IMG/VR virus record: IMGVR_UViG_3300031419_000010
Coordinates: 46,871 to 110,870 of that record
DNA: 64,000 nt
DNA from: a virus
Direction: 5' to 3' (one strand)
Shown here: in pieces, positions 10,124 to 19,826 of the stretch
How the letters are laid out: each line of letters begins with the position of its first letter
Numbering within the stretch: the first letter of the stretch is position 1
Position numbers and translations under genes: made by a program
The notes under the pieces: generated by a model
What the model saw: only the letters and a program-made list of their open reading frames with translations
The model's database searches: none
Told to the model about the DNA's origin: nothing

Positions 10124-10328
10124 TGTTATTTTTCTCACTATCCCGTTTGAAGTTGTGGCGAATCTTCTTAACCTGCACAACAATCAAAAACAAAAAGCCT
10201 GTCCAGATTGCTATATAACGCATCGTGAATGCAGGCGGGTTATCGTCCAGTACGTCAAAAAAGAAATAGGCTGTGATAGCAAGGCAGATAGACCACAGCA
10301 CTGCGATGATAAAATATTTGTTGTGCAT
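10116..10328 (-). CDS. small membrane protein (2 TM)
   Basis: Two hydrophobic segments; GGAG SD. Confidence 0.65.
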   Translation of the reverse strand: MHNKYFIIAVLWSICLAITAYFFFDVLDDNPPAFTMRYIAIWTGFLFLIVVQVKKIRHNFKRDSEKNNNV

Positions 10329-10378
10329 ATTTATCTCCGTTTTGATTTTCGAGATCTACGTTCCAGAACTAAATTTCC

Positions 10379-10576
10379 TTAACGGCGTTTGGGTGGATTG
10401 CGCAGACGACGGCGAAGTTTCTCAAGCGGTGTCTTCGCCTTCGCAATTTTCTCGCGGCGCTTCTGGCGCATTTCAGAGATCTTCAAAATGTTTTTGAGGA
10501 ACCCCGCCAGATGCGCCAAAATGCCAAACGAGGCGATAACATAAAACACTGTCTCACTCGTTTGGTGTATGTTCAT
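10379..10576 (-). CDS. small membrane protein with basic tail
   Basis: One TM segment plus Arg/Lys tail. Confidence 0.6.
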   Translation of the reverse strand: MNIHQTSETVFYVIASFGILAHLAGFLKNILKISEMRQKRREKIAKAKTPLEKLRRRLRNPPKRR

Positions 10577-11275
10577 TTAGATTTTACCTTCCTGATAAAG
10601 TTTAAACAGCTTTAACATTCCCACAGGCACGGTTTCCGATTCTGTGTTCAGCATTTCCATACAGGTTAAAGGCCAGATCTCCAGAGGGCGACCGTCAGTA
10701 AAAGGTAATGACAAGACGCCTTCTAAAATGCTTTTGCGAATCTCGTTCCACGACTTGCCTTCTTCGTTTGTGTTGATTGCTTCCCAACACTCAGGAGTAA
10801 GCTGATCAAGAAACGTAGAATGAATCCGCGTGTCTTCCAGCTTAGCGTTCGGTTGCTTTCTGTGTTGCAGTAAGCGCAGGTGTTCCGGATAGTCCGTCCA
10901 TTCGATCTTTATCGGAAGAAGAAAACTTTCTTCCGGTTTAGCATCGCGCACATTTTCCAGCGTTGCCAGATACGCATTGGCTGTCCGGCCAGGCAGAAGG
11001 TTTTCAGGATCAAACTGGTTATGGTTAAAGCGAACATAGCCCAAGTTGGCAACAAACTGAAACTCTTCAAAGCGAGAACGAATCACAGGAAGAATATAAC
11101 TGTGATTGATAAAGCGATAGCCTTTCACTTCCGGATCGATTTTTACTGGAAGACGAAAACCTTTTTTATCTTTGGTGTTCAGTTCCATCCAGTAGATATA
11201 CTGACGATGAATGATGCCGTTAATTGAAAAGTGTGCCTCGCCAAACTGTTCAGTTTTGAAATGTTCAAGACGCAT
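10577..11275 (-). CDS. hypothetical protein
   Basis: Coupled ORF. Confidence 0.7.
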   Translation of the reverse strand: MRLEHFKTEQFGEAHFSINGIIHRQYIYWMELNTKDKKGFRLPVKIDPEVKGYRFINHSYILPVIRSRFEEFQFVANLGYVRFNHNQFDPENLLPGRTANAYLATLENVRDAKPEESFLLPIKIEWTDYPEHLRLLQHRKQPNAKLEDTRIHSTFLDQLTPECWEAINTNEEGKSWNEIRKSILEGVLSLPFTDGRPLEIWPLTCMEMLNTESETVPVGMLKLFKLYQEGKI

Positions 11276-11970
11276 CAGTTTTCCTCCACGTCACAATCAC
11301 AGGAACCGCGACCGCAATTTTCGCAGTCAGGTAAGCACTGGCAGGATTCAGAGTGGCAGTGAGAGCAAATATCTTCTTCGTCACAATCCTCTTCGCTTTC
11401 GCAGTCGCAGTCATCGCCAATCTGACCGCCGCAAGTGTCACACCACTGAGTTTCTTCTTCCTTGTACATATCTTCGTACGCGTGATCGGTGGCGTCGATG
11501 ATTGCAGGACTCAGACCCGTAAAGCGCGACACACAATCACGCGCATAATCGAGCATCTGCTCTTTGGTGTACGCCGGATAACTATGATCCGCAAACGTCG
11601 CTTTGGGTTTAGGCAGCGACACGTAACCAGTTGGCAAAGTTTTCGCGGCTTGTTCGTCTTCCGGATCAAGGCGAACATCCAGACGGTACAAAGCAAAACT
11701 TAATGCACTACGCGCATCGCGAATAATGATTTCAGAATCGAAAAGATTTGTGCAAACGATCACAATGTCTTTGCCGTCATTCTCACTGCACAAAGTTACA
11801 GTGCCGTTGTCGTTGTCCAGCGTGATTTGCTGAGGCTCAACTTTAACGTTAAGAGAATCGCCGTGATAAAGAACATCGCGATATGCAGCAGAATGATCGC
11901 CAGTACCCATAACCAGAGAAAGAAGGCTTCCGAAATTTGTCATGATGAGTTTCCTTATTTGCTGATCCAC
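11275..11970 (-). CDS. hypothetical protein with Cys/acidic C-terminal tail
   Basis: Three CxxC...CxC units at the C-terminus. Confidence 0.75.
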   Translation of the reverse strand: MDQQIRKLIMTNFGSLLSLVMGTGDHSAAYRDVLYHGDSLNVKVEPQQITLDNDNGTVTLCSENDGKDIVIVCTNLFDSEIIIRDARSALSFALYRLDVRLDPEDEQAAKTLPTGYVSLPKPKATFADHSYPAYTKEQMLDYARDCVSRFTGLSPAIIDATDHAYEDMYKEEETQWCDTCGGQIGDDCDCESEEDCDEEDICSHCHSESCQCLPDCENCGRGSCDCDVEEN

Positions 11971-12707
11971 GCACGAATGCGAGAAATTTTCGATGTGCTT
12001 TCGTACGCCATAACATGCAAGGCACGATCCAGAGAACCAAAGATGCCAGTTGTTTCATTCAACTTAGCTGGCAAGTCGCCTTCATATTTCAGCGCCACAG
12101 CAACAATAGCTTCCTGCTCCAGAGCCGCAAGATCTTTTATAATCTCTGAAAGCTCTTTGCTTGTGATACCAAATTCTTTGCGCAATAACGGACGCAGATA
12201 AATAGATTTTTTGTGTTGATGTACCCACGCATGGGCGCATTCAATCAAAGGACGATCAGTTGGCTCTTTGATTTCCGGCTCAGGAATATCAAATGACTTT
12301 TCACCCGGTGTAGGAACAGTATGTGCGCCCCAGCTTTCGTCTATTGCGTTGTTTGATTGCGTGTCCTCAATGTCACGGTTGTTTGCGCAGTCCAAAACAA
12401 AATGCAGCGCGTGAGTAGCTTCGGCAAAAACAACGTTGCGGTAAATTGGATCTTCGCATTCGTGCGCAACGGCGCGAACCATAATGTTTTTACCGTGGGA
12501 GAAAATAGAAAACGTCAGGTTCACGTCTTCGGAGAAATCAAGCACGGTAATGTTGATTGAGTTTTTATTGATTGTGGCTGAAAAACCTTCGTCAGCCAGC
12601 ATTGCGCGAATGGTAACAGCGGCGATGTTGTTCGTTGATTGGCGACCAAACGCTTCAACAAAAATTGCAGCAATCAAAGTCAATTTATCGTTCATTACTT
12701 GATCCAT
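11955..12707 (-). CDS. hypothetical protein
   Basis: Overlapping operon ORF. Confidence 0.7.
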   Translation of the reverse strand: MDQVMNDKLTLIAAIFVEAFGRQSTNNIAAVTIRAMLADEGFSATINKNSINITVLDFSEDVNLTFSIFSHGKNIMVRAVAHECEDPIYRNVVFAEATHALHFVLDCANNRDIEDTQSNNAIDESWGAHTVPTPGEKSFDIPEPEIKEPTDRPLIECAHAWVHQHKKSIYLRPLLRKEFGITSKELSEIIKDLAALEQEAIVAVALKYEGDLPAKLNETTGIFGSLDRALHVMAYESTSKISRIRAWISK

Positions 12708-13642
12708 CCTGTCATGCGTTTGATAAGAGATCTTTTGTTTCGTGCGGCTAAGCGGTACGCCTGAACTTCACCAAGCAGCAGCGTTAAGACGGCAAACATA
12801 TCATAGGTATCGTCTTCGATTTCGTCGCGATCCGTATACGCCATATATGCTTCTTCAACTTCTTCTGTTTCAAGATTGCCAATATCTCCAACAACCAAAG
12901 AGAACGGACGGTTTTTTGTTTCGACACAGAGCATACTCAATGTCTCTTCAAAAAATTCATTATCCTTGTTTTGGCAATACCAAATCACCGCTTGCGCTTT
13001 GAGGCGAATGCGCATTTCGTGAGATTCGTTTTCAAACTCGCGTGAATTTATCGCAATGTGGTCAAGAGACGAGAAAGGTTCAGCCATATAAAATTCGGCG
13101 TGTTGAACCAGATCCTGAACTTCTTTAGACAGAGGTTTTGACGAGTCACCTTCAAGAAATTCTTTTAATTCGCCAACACTGAGTTTGCGTGAAGTGTCTT
13201 CTTCATCGAAATCTTCGTTGCCATCCCACTCTTCGCTGTCATCTGACTCTTCGTAGGTTGGGTTTTCGAAACGATACCAGAGCGGTTTTAATTCACCTGT
13301 TGGTTCGATAACTTTTTCTTCCACAGCGCAAAGGACAATCCACTTAACAGCCTGCTCGATGGTTTCAAAACGAGCGGTTGCTTTGTGGTAATGATCATTG
13401 AACTCATCGGTCAAAATAACTTTCAGGTTATTTGAATGAGGGAAAATTTCAGCTTCAATGTCGTGGTTGGAAAAGCCGCGAGTAAGTTTCGCAGAGAGTT
13501 TGCCTTGATCCGATTTGGTATAAACTTGAGCGCGAGTAAGTTTGCTGAACTCGCGAAGTGTAAGAACGATTCCGCTATCGGTGTCACGTCCAGAATGCGC
13601 TTCGACGATTTGAGAGAAGAGTTGGTTAAGTTTGCTGTTCAT
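12695..13642 (-). CDS. hypothetical acidic protein
   Basis: AAGGA SD; 315 aa. Confidence 0.75.
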   Translation of the reverse strand: MNSKLNQLFSQIVEAHSGRDTDSGIVLTLREFSKLTRAQVYTKSDQGKLSAKLTRGFSNHDIEAEIFPHSNNLKVILTDEFNDHYHKATARFETIEQAVKWIVLCAVEEKVIEPTGELKPLWYRFENPTYEESDDSEEWDGNEDFDEEDTSRKLSVGELKEFLEGDSSKPLSKEVQDLVQHAEFYMAEPFSSLDHIAINSREFENESHEMRIRLKAQAVIWYCQNKDNEFFEETLSMLCVETKNRPFSLVVGDIGNLETEEVEEAYMAYTDRDEIEDDTYDMFAVLTLLLGEVQAYRLAARNKRSLIKRMTGWIK

Positions 13643-13669
13643 AGCAATTCCTTAGTAAGAGAGGTTTTA

Positions 13670-13963
13670 TTACAGACGGTTTTGATGTGCGAACACACCG
13701 TTTTCTTCGTACTTGATTAAAGAGAAATGGTTATCCCAAACAGGTGAAGCGAGATCGTAAACTTCGGTAACGTCAGGAGAACCGCCAACAGCTTTTAAAA
13801 ATTGTTGCGCATCAGTTTCACAGTCAAAGAAAGCAAAAACACTACGCGCCATATCCAAACGATCAGGAAGAGGAACAAACCAGAACCGACAACAGTGAGT
13901 GCTTGTTTCTTTGCGAGTCAAAGAACCGTTATGCTTTTCGAGTGCCAGAATAGCTTGAGTCAT
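13670..13963 (-). CDS. hypothetical protein
   Basis: ORF with SD. Confidence 0.65.
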   Translation of the reverse strand: MTQAILALEKHNGSLTRKETSTHCCRFWFVPLPDRLDMARSVFAFFDCETDAQQFLKAVGGSPDVTEVYDLASPVWDNHFSLIKYEENGVFAHQNRL

Positions 13964-14013
13964 TTTGTTTTCCCTAGTGCAAAGAAGCCGCTCATTTTGG
14001 GCGGCAGAAAGTT

Positions 14014-14487
14014 TTAGCCTCTAGCGGGCTGGCCTGTATGACGTACGATGATTTCCGGATATTCGAAATCGCCGTTACGACGAGTTACGCGCTGATAGTA
14101 TTGCTCACGCGGATAACCTTTCGGCGCTGCGAAGATTGCAGGCTCATCCCCAAAGTTCAGATAGGGATCGATGTATTCCTCCATATCGAGAAATTCCGAC
14201 ATTGGCGCACTGCCAACATAATCGAAAAGAGGAATCCACTCAGACGTGGTGCGAATGTAACGCCACTTTGTTTCGCCAAAGCCGGGAACCTTTATGAGAT
14301 CCTCCAGCAGCATGTGCGAAGTCTGAACAACCGACTCAACTTTAACGCCGTTGATGTTTGGCGCAATGAAACTCAAACTAGGTGAGTCTTTCAGATCCAG
14401 TTCATTTACGATCTGATTCAGCGTGTACACGTTACGGCTAACAGGAAAACGTTTTTTCATTTTTACTTTCTCCAAATGCCCGGACAA
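14014..14487 (-). CDS. hypothetical protein
   Basis: Likely start MKKRF at 14460 with GGAG SD. Confidence 0.65.
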   Translation of the reverse strand: MSGHLEKVKMKKRFPVSRNVYTLNQIVNELDLKDSPSLSFIAPNINGVKVESVVQTSHMLLEDLIKVPGFGETKWRYIRTTSEWIPLFDYVGSAPMSEFLDMEEYIDPYLNFGDEPAIFAAPKGYPREQYYQRVTRRNGDFEYPEIIVRHTGQPARG

Positions 14488-14546
14488 ATTCCGGTGCGTA
14501 GTAGGAACATTTCAAAGGACACTCTTTCGAATGCCCTTCACAATGT

Positions 14547-14933
14547 TTAAATCAGATCCAGCAAATCAAGAATCGGTTTTCCAACCGGAACCGGAACGAT
14601 GTAGAAATCGAAACGCGGCTGAGTTTCTTCGTCGGCGTTGTAAACAACATCGTAAACGCCGTGAACATTTATGATGCGATTGTCTGCCAGCACAACGCGC
14701 ATTTGTTCGATCATGTTCGCGCTGTCGCTTTCGGCTAACTTGCCTTGCGATGCAGGAAGACGATTTGAAAGCGCTTTCGGGTTTGTGGTTCCCAAAACGT
14801 TGAAACCGATGTTTACGCCAGTTGTTTTCTGTTTGATGATCGCCGCTTCCAGCAAGCGAAGCATTGCTTCATAACGTACGTGGCTGGCTGAGTTACCGAA
14901 CATCTGAATAGAAGGCGCTTTAGTCTGTTGCAT
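14547..14933 (-). CDS. hypothetical protein
   Basis: First gene after the promoter motif at 15008. Confidence 0.7.
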   Translation of the reverse strand: MQQTKAPSIQMFGNSASHVRYEAMLRLLEAAIIKQKTTGVNIGFNVLGTTNPKALSNRLPASQGKLAESDSANMIEQMRVVLADNRIINVHGVYDVVYNADEETQPRFDFYIVPVPVGKPILDLLDLI

Positions 14934-15007
14934 GGTTTGTCTCTTTGTTGTGGTAAGCTAGGATTGGCCTACGCTTATATTTTGCCGGAAAAAGCCGTCC
15001 AAATCGA

Positions 15008-15030
15008 GCGGTATTTTGGACACAGATTTG
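15008..15030 (-). promoter_or_regulatory. conserved promoter motif (copy 2)
   Basis: + strand GCGGTATTTTGGACACAGATTTG. Confidence 0.7.
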
Positions 15031-15040
15031 TAGGGTTAGC

Positions 15041-15379
15041 TTATTTCCATTTGTCGAAGCCGTTCTCATCTTGCAGAATCAAAAGAGCGGTCGATGTGTG
15101 ACGATGCCCTACTAACGAATCGTGCAAATCTTCATTTGGAACTTCTTTTAAATGTTCACACGATGCGTAAAAGATTTGGGCCGAAATGTTATCATTGAAA
15201 CACCAGCGGTAAGTAAAACTTTGAATACGTCCGATGCCAACACAAACCGACATTGAAAATGCAAGACGCAATAAACCGATCCAGCTTCCATCAGGAAGTT
15301 TACGAGTCTGAATAAAACCTTGACTCAAAATAAACTGTTCAATCTCTGCATCTGTCATGCCTTCGAAACCGTCGCGCAT
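15041..15379 (-). CDS. hypothetical phage protein
   Basis: AAGGAGG SD before ATG at 15379. Confidence 0.75.
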   Translation of the reverse strand: MRDGFEGMTDAEIEQFILSQGFIQTRKLPDGSWIGLLRLAFSMSVCVGIGRIQSFTYRWCFNDNISAQIFYASCEHLKEVPNEDLHDSLVGHRHTSTALLILQDENGFDKWK

Positions 15380-15436
15380 AAAATTCCTCCTTAAACGTAA
15401 GAAGGGATGAACCGCGAAGCCCATCCCTGTTTTTGA

Positions 15437-15688
15437 TTATTGCTTTTTCATCTGCTCAACTACATCGCCCAAACCCATCGCTTGAAGCAGCGTTGCAGGA
15501 TCATGTTGAGCAACATCCCAGCCGACACCCAAACGAATTTCTCCGCTTTCTACACGGTCAACTGTTTGCATAAAATCGGCAAACGCATTGCGATAATCAG
15601 TTTCAGATTCGTTTTCGTTTGGCATACGAAAGCCGCGTTGTTGTGCGCGACGTTTCAGGCTGTCCATATCAGGGAATGACATTGGCAT
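15437..15688 (-). CDS. hypothetical phage protein
   Basis: Coupled ORF. Confidence 0.7.
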   Translation of the reverse strand: MPMSFPDMDSLKRRAQQRGFRMPNENESETDYRNAFADFMQTVDRVESGEIRLGVGWDVAQHDPATLLQAMGLGDVVEQMKKQ

Positions 15689-16053
15689 TATTTTTTATCC
15701 TTGTGTTCAAGAGCGATGCGATAAGATGTGCCGTGGAAGCCAGCAGAATAAAACGTGCCGCGTTCGATAGACGCAGTTTTCCAGCCGTGCGTTAACACCA
15801 AACGCTTTTCGACTTCACGCATATCTTCATGCGTAACCTTGCTCAGAATTTTGAAGTCCGGAACAAGGATCTGCATACCGCGTTTACCATCAGGCAGAGT
15901 TTCGTGCGTTACGCCTGCGACAACCGGGAACCCGACGCCTGCAAGCACCGCAAACTGAACAACGCAATAAAGCGTGTCTGCTTCGCTCAGTTCAGATCTG
16001 AAATCGTGCTGCTTTAAAACAAGCTCACGAAAAACACCGCTATCAATCTGCAT
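15688..16053 (-). CDS. hypothetical protein
   Basis: Likely start MQIDS at 16053. Confidence 0.65.
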   Translation of the reverse strand: MQIDSGVFRELVLKQHDFRSELSEADTLYCVVQFAVLAGVGFPVVAGVTHETLPDGKRGMQILVPDFKILSKVTHEDMREVEKRLVLTHGWKTASIERGTFYSAGFHGTSYRIALEHKDKK

Positions 16054-16426
16054 ATTCACCCTGCAAGCTGTTTGGAACCTGAACCGGCACACTACCCAAA
16101 GAAGTAGCGATGAAAGTTTTCAGAACCGCATGAGAGATAGTTTCAGCCGAGTAGCTGAATACGCCATCCGAAGAAACAACATGCCACTTTTCATTTTTAT
16201 GCTCCAGTGAAAAGTGTTTGTCTTCGATCAGATTAATAATGGAATCTGCCGAGTCTTCGCGGAAAGTAACGTAATGTACTACGCCTGTAATGATACCCTC
16301 ATTAGATTCTTTGTAGCGACTTGAAATACGCGGAACGTTGTTGCGTAGGATTACCTGCGCAAGCCAGTTTGCCGACTCAACAGTAAGTTGATCAATCGAC
16401 ACGGTTACTGTACTTATTTTTGTCAT
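16043..16426 (-). CDS. NinX/DUF2591-like phage protein
   Basis: LIEDKHFSL...W...AETISHAVLKTFIATSLG..VQVP resembles the NinX-family C-terminus. Confidence 0.45.
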   Translation of the reverse strand: MTKISTVTVSIDQLTVESANWLAQVILRNNVPRISSRYKESNEGIITGVVHYVTFREDSADSIINLIEDKHFSLEHKNEKWHVVSSDGVFSYSAETISHAVLKTFIATSLGSVPVQVPNSLQGEYAD

Positions 16427-16433
16427 GTGCGCC

Positions 16434-16772
16434 TCATACTATATAAATGCAATGGTTGTCGTTTGTCCAAATCCACGGACGAGTCGCGTTATCGCGAACA
16501 TCAACAACCTGTTTGATAAATTTTTCATCAGCAATCTGGCTGAGAGACACGCTAACAATATCCAGTTCAGTATCGTTAGTGTGAGAGTTTTCGAATTTCA
16601 GAAAGTCTTTGAACTTCTGATAATTCTCTTTTGTTTCGAGATACACAAAACCATCAGGACGCTTTGCAAGGCCGCGTTGCTTTTCCTGCATCTGACAGAC
16701 GATAAACACGTTAGGAATTCCATTTGCCTCACGTAACTCTTTCCCGGTATTCGGGCAGAAGTGCTGAGTCAT
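16434..16772 (-). CDS. hypothetical protein
   Basis: GGAG SD. Confidence 0.7.
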   Translation of the reverse strand: MTQHFCPNTGKELREANGIPNVFIVCQMQEKQRGLAKRPDGFVYLETKENYQKFKDFLKFENSHTNDTELDIVSVSLSQIADEKFIKQVVDVRDNATRPWIWTNDNHCIYIV

Positions 16773-16804
16773 GATAATCTCCCATGCGGTATACGCATAA
16801 AAAT

Positions 16805-17017
16805 TTAGTATCGCCGGTACACCCGTGGAAACGCTGCACGGGCCATGCTGTGCAACGCTGCGCTGTACGCGATGATAACAATGTTGCGAACCAAGTCGCT
16901 GAATGCTTCTTTATAAATTCCGTAGTAACAGAATATTCCATAAAGCACGTTTAGGATTAAAAACGAGTAACGTGATCTCTTTACAGTTCCGAACATGAAA
17001 TGCTTTATCTTGTTCAT
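16805..17017 (-). CDS. small membrane protein
   Basis: Two hydrophobic segments. Confidence 0.6.
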   Translation of the reverse strand: MNKIKHFMFGTVKRSRYSFLILNVLYGIFCYYGIYKEAFSDLVRNIVIIAYSAALHSMARAAFPRVYRRY

Positions 17018-17211
17018 TGCTTTTTCCTGCGACGAATTTTTACAGCAGCCATGATCGCAAACAAAATGCTGTATGCGACCACGACACTTATTTTTCCAGT
17101 AGTGGAATAGTCAAACATGAAAGTTGAAATTCCGAACAGGACGAAACTTATTACCGATACGGTTTCAATAAAAGCAAAGAACTCCGGACATAGATAAAAC
17201 TTTTCGTCCAT
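17014..17211 (-). CDS. small membrane protein
   Basis: Two TM segments, basic C-terminus. Confidence 0.6.
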   Translation of the reverse strand: MDEKFYLCPEFFAFIETVSVISFVLFGISTFMFDYSTTGKISVVVAYSILFAIMAAVKIRRRKKQ

Positions 17212-17219
17212 GTGCTTTC

Positions 17220-17963
17220 CTAGCGTGGGTTAAGAAGGTCTGAGACAAACGAGTAAAACGATTCTTTATCGAAAGCGATAATCTTGTTGCTGATCATTGC
17301 TTCGTGCTTTTTCAAAAGCTCCTGCACAAGTTTGTCTTCGTGCTTGAGAAGTTTCGGCAAGCGATCTGCAATCGGGCCATCACCACTCAGAATGAAATTG
17401 GCTTTGTCTGCCAGTTCCTTCGGATCATTTGTGGCCTGCGAGAAAATCAGTTCGCCGTCGATATACAAAATAATCGTTACCAGCGAACTTTCTTTTTTCA
17501 GAAAGTGTAATTCGGTGCGCTCTTTGTTTTGCAGTACACGAATGATAATCCGGTCAACGCAGTTAACAACGCGGAACTTGTCAGGATCATCCTGCATCAA
17601 AGCAAATGCACTAGCAGCAGCAAAGATTGCAGACGGCGTTTGATCCCGCGTTGCCAGATAACGATAGATTGCATCCAGTGCCTGCTCCAGAGTTGTAGCG
17701 CAAGTGCTGTCTGCAAAATCGCCCTGCTTAACCAGAATGGAAACGTAGTGCATTTCGCTACGCATCACAGTGATTTCGCGAAAGTCCTGCGTTTCTTTTT
17801 CTTCATCCCATTTCATAGGACGAACGATAAGAACAAATTGAAGTGGCGTTACTTGTTTGATTGAAGCAATGCGCTGAATGTCCTGAACCTGCACACAAGG
17901 ATTCGGATTAAAGAACATTTCGCGAAGATGTTCGAACAGGTTTGTTTTGATTTTGTTTTTCAT
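17220..17963 (-). CDS. hypothetical protein
   Basis: Likely start MKNKI at 17963; the longer track ORF overlaps the neighbour. Confidence 0.7.
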   Translation of the reverse strand: MKNKIKTNLFEHLREMFFNPNPCVQVQDIQRIASIKQVTPLQFVLIVRPMKWDEEKETQDFREITVMRSEMHYVSILVKQGDFADSTCATTLEQALDAIYRYLATRDQTPSAIFAAASAFALMQDDPDKFRVVNCVDRIIIRVLQNKERTELHFLKKESSLVTIILYIDGELIFSQATNDPKELADKANFILSGDGPIADRLPKLLKHEDKLVQELLKKHEAMISNKIIAFDKESFYSFVSDLLNPR

Positions 17964-17964
17964 T

Positions 17965-18303
17965 TTAGTAGCATTCCTCGTCGTCTTCATCGTCTTCAAC
18001 ATCTTCTTCGTTGTCACACTCAGATTCTTGTTCATCATCGGATTCTTGCGCGTCAGCAATAGAACCTTCGTAGCCGGGATTGCGATCCTGAAAGTCGCGA
18101 AGTTGTTCCTGCGCCGCTTCGTCAGCTTCGCTATCCATATCTTCTTGCGCCGCTTGTGCAATGTCATCGATCATTTGATTGCGGTCAGGAAGGTCTGCGT
18201 CATCCGAAAGGTGATCATAGAGGCCGTATTTGTCAGCCAGTTCTTGAAGACGAACATCGTCGAGGCAAGCCAGTTGGCCTTTATCAGTATTCCAGTAGCT
18301 CAT
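17965..18303 (-). CDS. small very acidic protein (possible DNA mimic)
   Basis: Very Asp/Glu-rich; AAGGA SD. Confidence 0.7.
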   Translation of the reverse strand: MSYWNTDKGQLACLDDVRLQELADKYGLYDHLSDDADLPDRNQMIDDIAQAAQEDMDSEADEAAQEQLRDFQDRNPGYEGSIADAQESDDEQESECDNEEDVEDDEDDEECY

Positions 18304-18331
18304 AAAATCATTCCTTGTTTAGTTGTTGCTG

Positions 18332-18742
18332 TTAACGAAACTTTTGGATACGTGCAACGTCCAGTGCGAATTGATCGCGGTTGCATGTATTGAAACTTGT
18401 CTGCCAGAAACCGTTGATGTAACTCATACGGCGATCAGCAAACTCCCGAACTTCTTCGCCGCCTAAAAAGCGGAACGTTAAGCGATAACCACGCAGCCGC
18501 GCAAAACAGTAACCGATATACTTGATCACGAATTCAATATCGTGCATCGGAAACTTTTCAAACGTCAGAATAATGGTTCCGCGTTCTACTTGTGCGCTTA
18601 CCGTTGCATCTTCCAGTTCAAGCGGCAGTTGGTTAAAGATGCGATGCGGTGCCTTTCCCATTTCCCGCACAACCATTCGCGCCGTTCCTGCGGCAACATA
18701 AAACTGAGTGTCAGGCACTAAGGCTTTTCTTTCCATAGTCAT
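18332..18742 (-). CDS. hypothetical protein
   Basis: Coupled ORF. Confidence 0.65.
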   Translation of the reverse strand: MTMERKALVPDTQFYVAAGTARMVVREMGKAPHRIFNQLPLELEDATVSAQVERGTIILTFEKFPMHDIEFVIKYIGYCFARLRGYRLTFRFLGGEEVREFADRRMSYINGFWQTSFNTCNRDQFALDVARIQKFR

Positions 18743-19254
18743 TTGAATTTATCCGGATCAATGTTGAAGAAAGGATATTGTGACACCAGCTTGTCAGCAG
18801 GCAGCAACTTGTAGTAAGTACCAATGTTAAGCGGCGTATCGCCAAACGCTTCAAATCCAAGATTGGTGAGATACTTCCGGAATTTTTCTTCCAACGGATT
18901 TTCTACACCAAGAATAATGTTGCGCTGTTCGCATTCGTACATCAGAGAAAACAGCAGAGCACTAAACAATCCCTTGCCTTGTTCTTTGTGCGCCACGTTC
19001 ACGTTAGAGATACAAATATAACTGTGACCAAACCGACCGTAGCGATTTGCGCCATAGCGAACATAAATGTCGAACGGTTTGATTTTTGGATGAACATACT
19101 CAGAAGATGTAGGCAGAGTCTTCTGTGAAATATTCTCCAGACGATTCAGAATGTGATCCACCAGCGAACTAATTACTTCGCCGTGCGTTTCCAGCACACG
19201 CTCAAAACGGTTTTGATATTGAGCGGGAACACTTGCTAAAAGTTTGTCAGTCAT
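18739..19254 (-). CDS. GNAT-fold acetyltransferase-like protein
   Basis: ISNVNVAHKEQGKGLFSALL (motif A) and YLTNLGF (motif B). Confidence 0.7.
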   Translation of the reverse strand: MTDKLLASVPAQYQNRFERVLETHGEVISSLVDHILNRLENISQKTLPTSSEYVHPKIKPFDIYVRYGANRYGRFGHSYICISNVNVAHKEQGKGLFSALLFSLMYECEQRNIILGVENPLEEKFRKYLTNLGFEAFGDTPLNIGTYYKLLPADKLVSQYPFFNIDPDKFK

Positions 19255-19826
19255 TACTGCATCCTCATATAAAGTTGATAGAGTTTTTCGGATTCTTGTT
19301 TTGATACCTGCTCCATGTAGGAAACGCGATCATCGACTCCGAGATTTTCATCAAGGAAAATTGCAATACATTCGCTTTCCGTTACGTCCGGATCTTTTAC
19401 AAGAGGACGGCCCGAACTTTCAACAACGATTTCGTGCTCAAGGGAAGAAAGATTGCCGACCATGCGAGTGACTTCGCGCAACAGATCGCCGCGTGTCAGT
19501 TTTAACGTGCTTCGCTGGTTAAGCAAAACTTGCTGCATCAAATCTGTTTCTAAGTTTCGAGTCAGCAAATCCTTTAAGCTATCGTAAGAATGAACGTTAA
19601 TAGAAGAAACGTTGCAGCCGTCGCAGGTAACAGTGTAGCGATAATCATCGTAGACCATGAATACCGCAAAGCTGTCAGAGTCTCCAATTCTTTGGAACGA
19701 TAACTCTGTCAGCAACTGCGGTTCAGGAATGCGACGGGCAATCACTAAGGCGATTGTCTGGAACATGCGGAGATCATAAGGCATAAGCAAATTTCCTTTC
19801 TGCATCGAGGCCAAAGAACAGGCCAA
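19254..19826 (-). CDS. hypothetical protein, paralog of 19774-20256
   Basis: YRYTV...MQQVLLNQRSTL..TRGDL..VTRMV. Confidence 0.65.
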   Translation of the reverse strand: MACSLASMQKGNLLMPYDLRMFQTIALVIARRIPEPQLLTELSFQRIGDSDSFAVFMVYDDYRYTVTCDGCNVSSINVHSYDSLKDLLTRNLETDLMQQVLLNQRSTLKLTRGDLLREVTRMVGNLSSLEHEIVVESSGRPLVKDPDVTESECIAIFLDENLGVDDRVSYMEQVSKQESEKLYQLYMRMQ

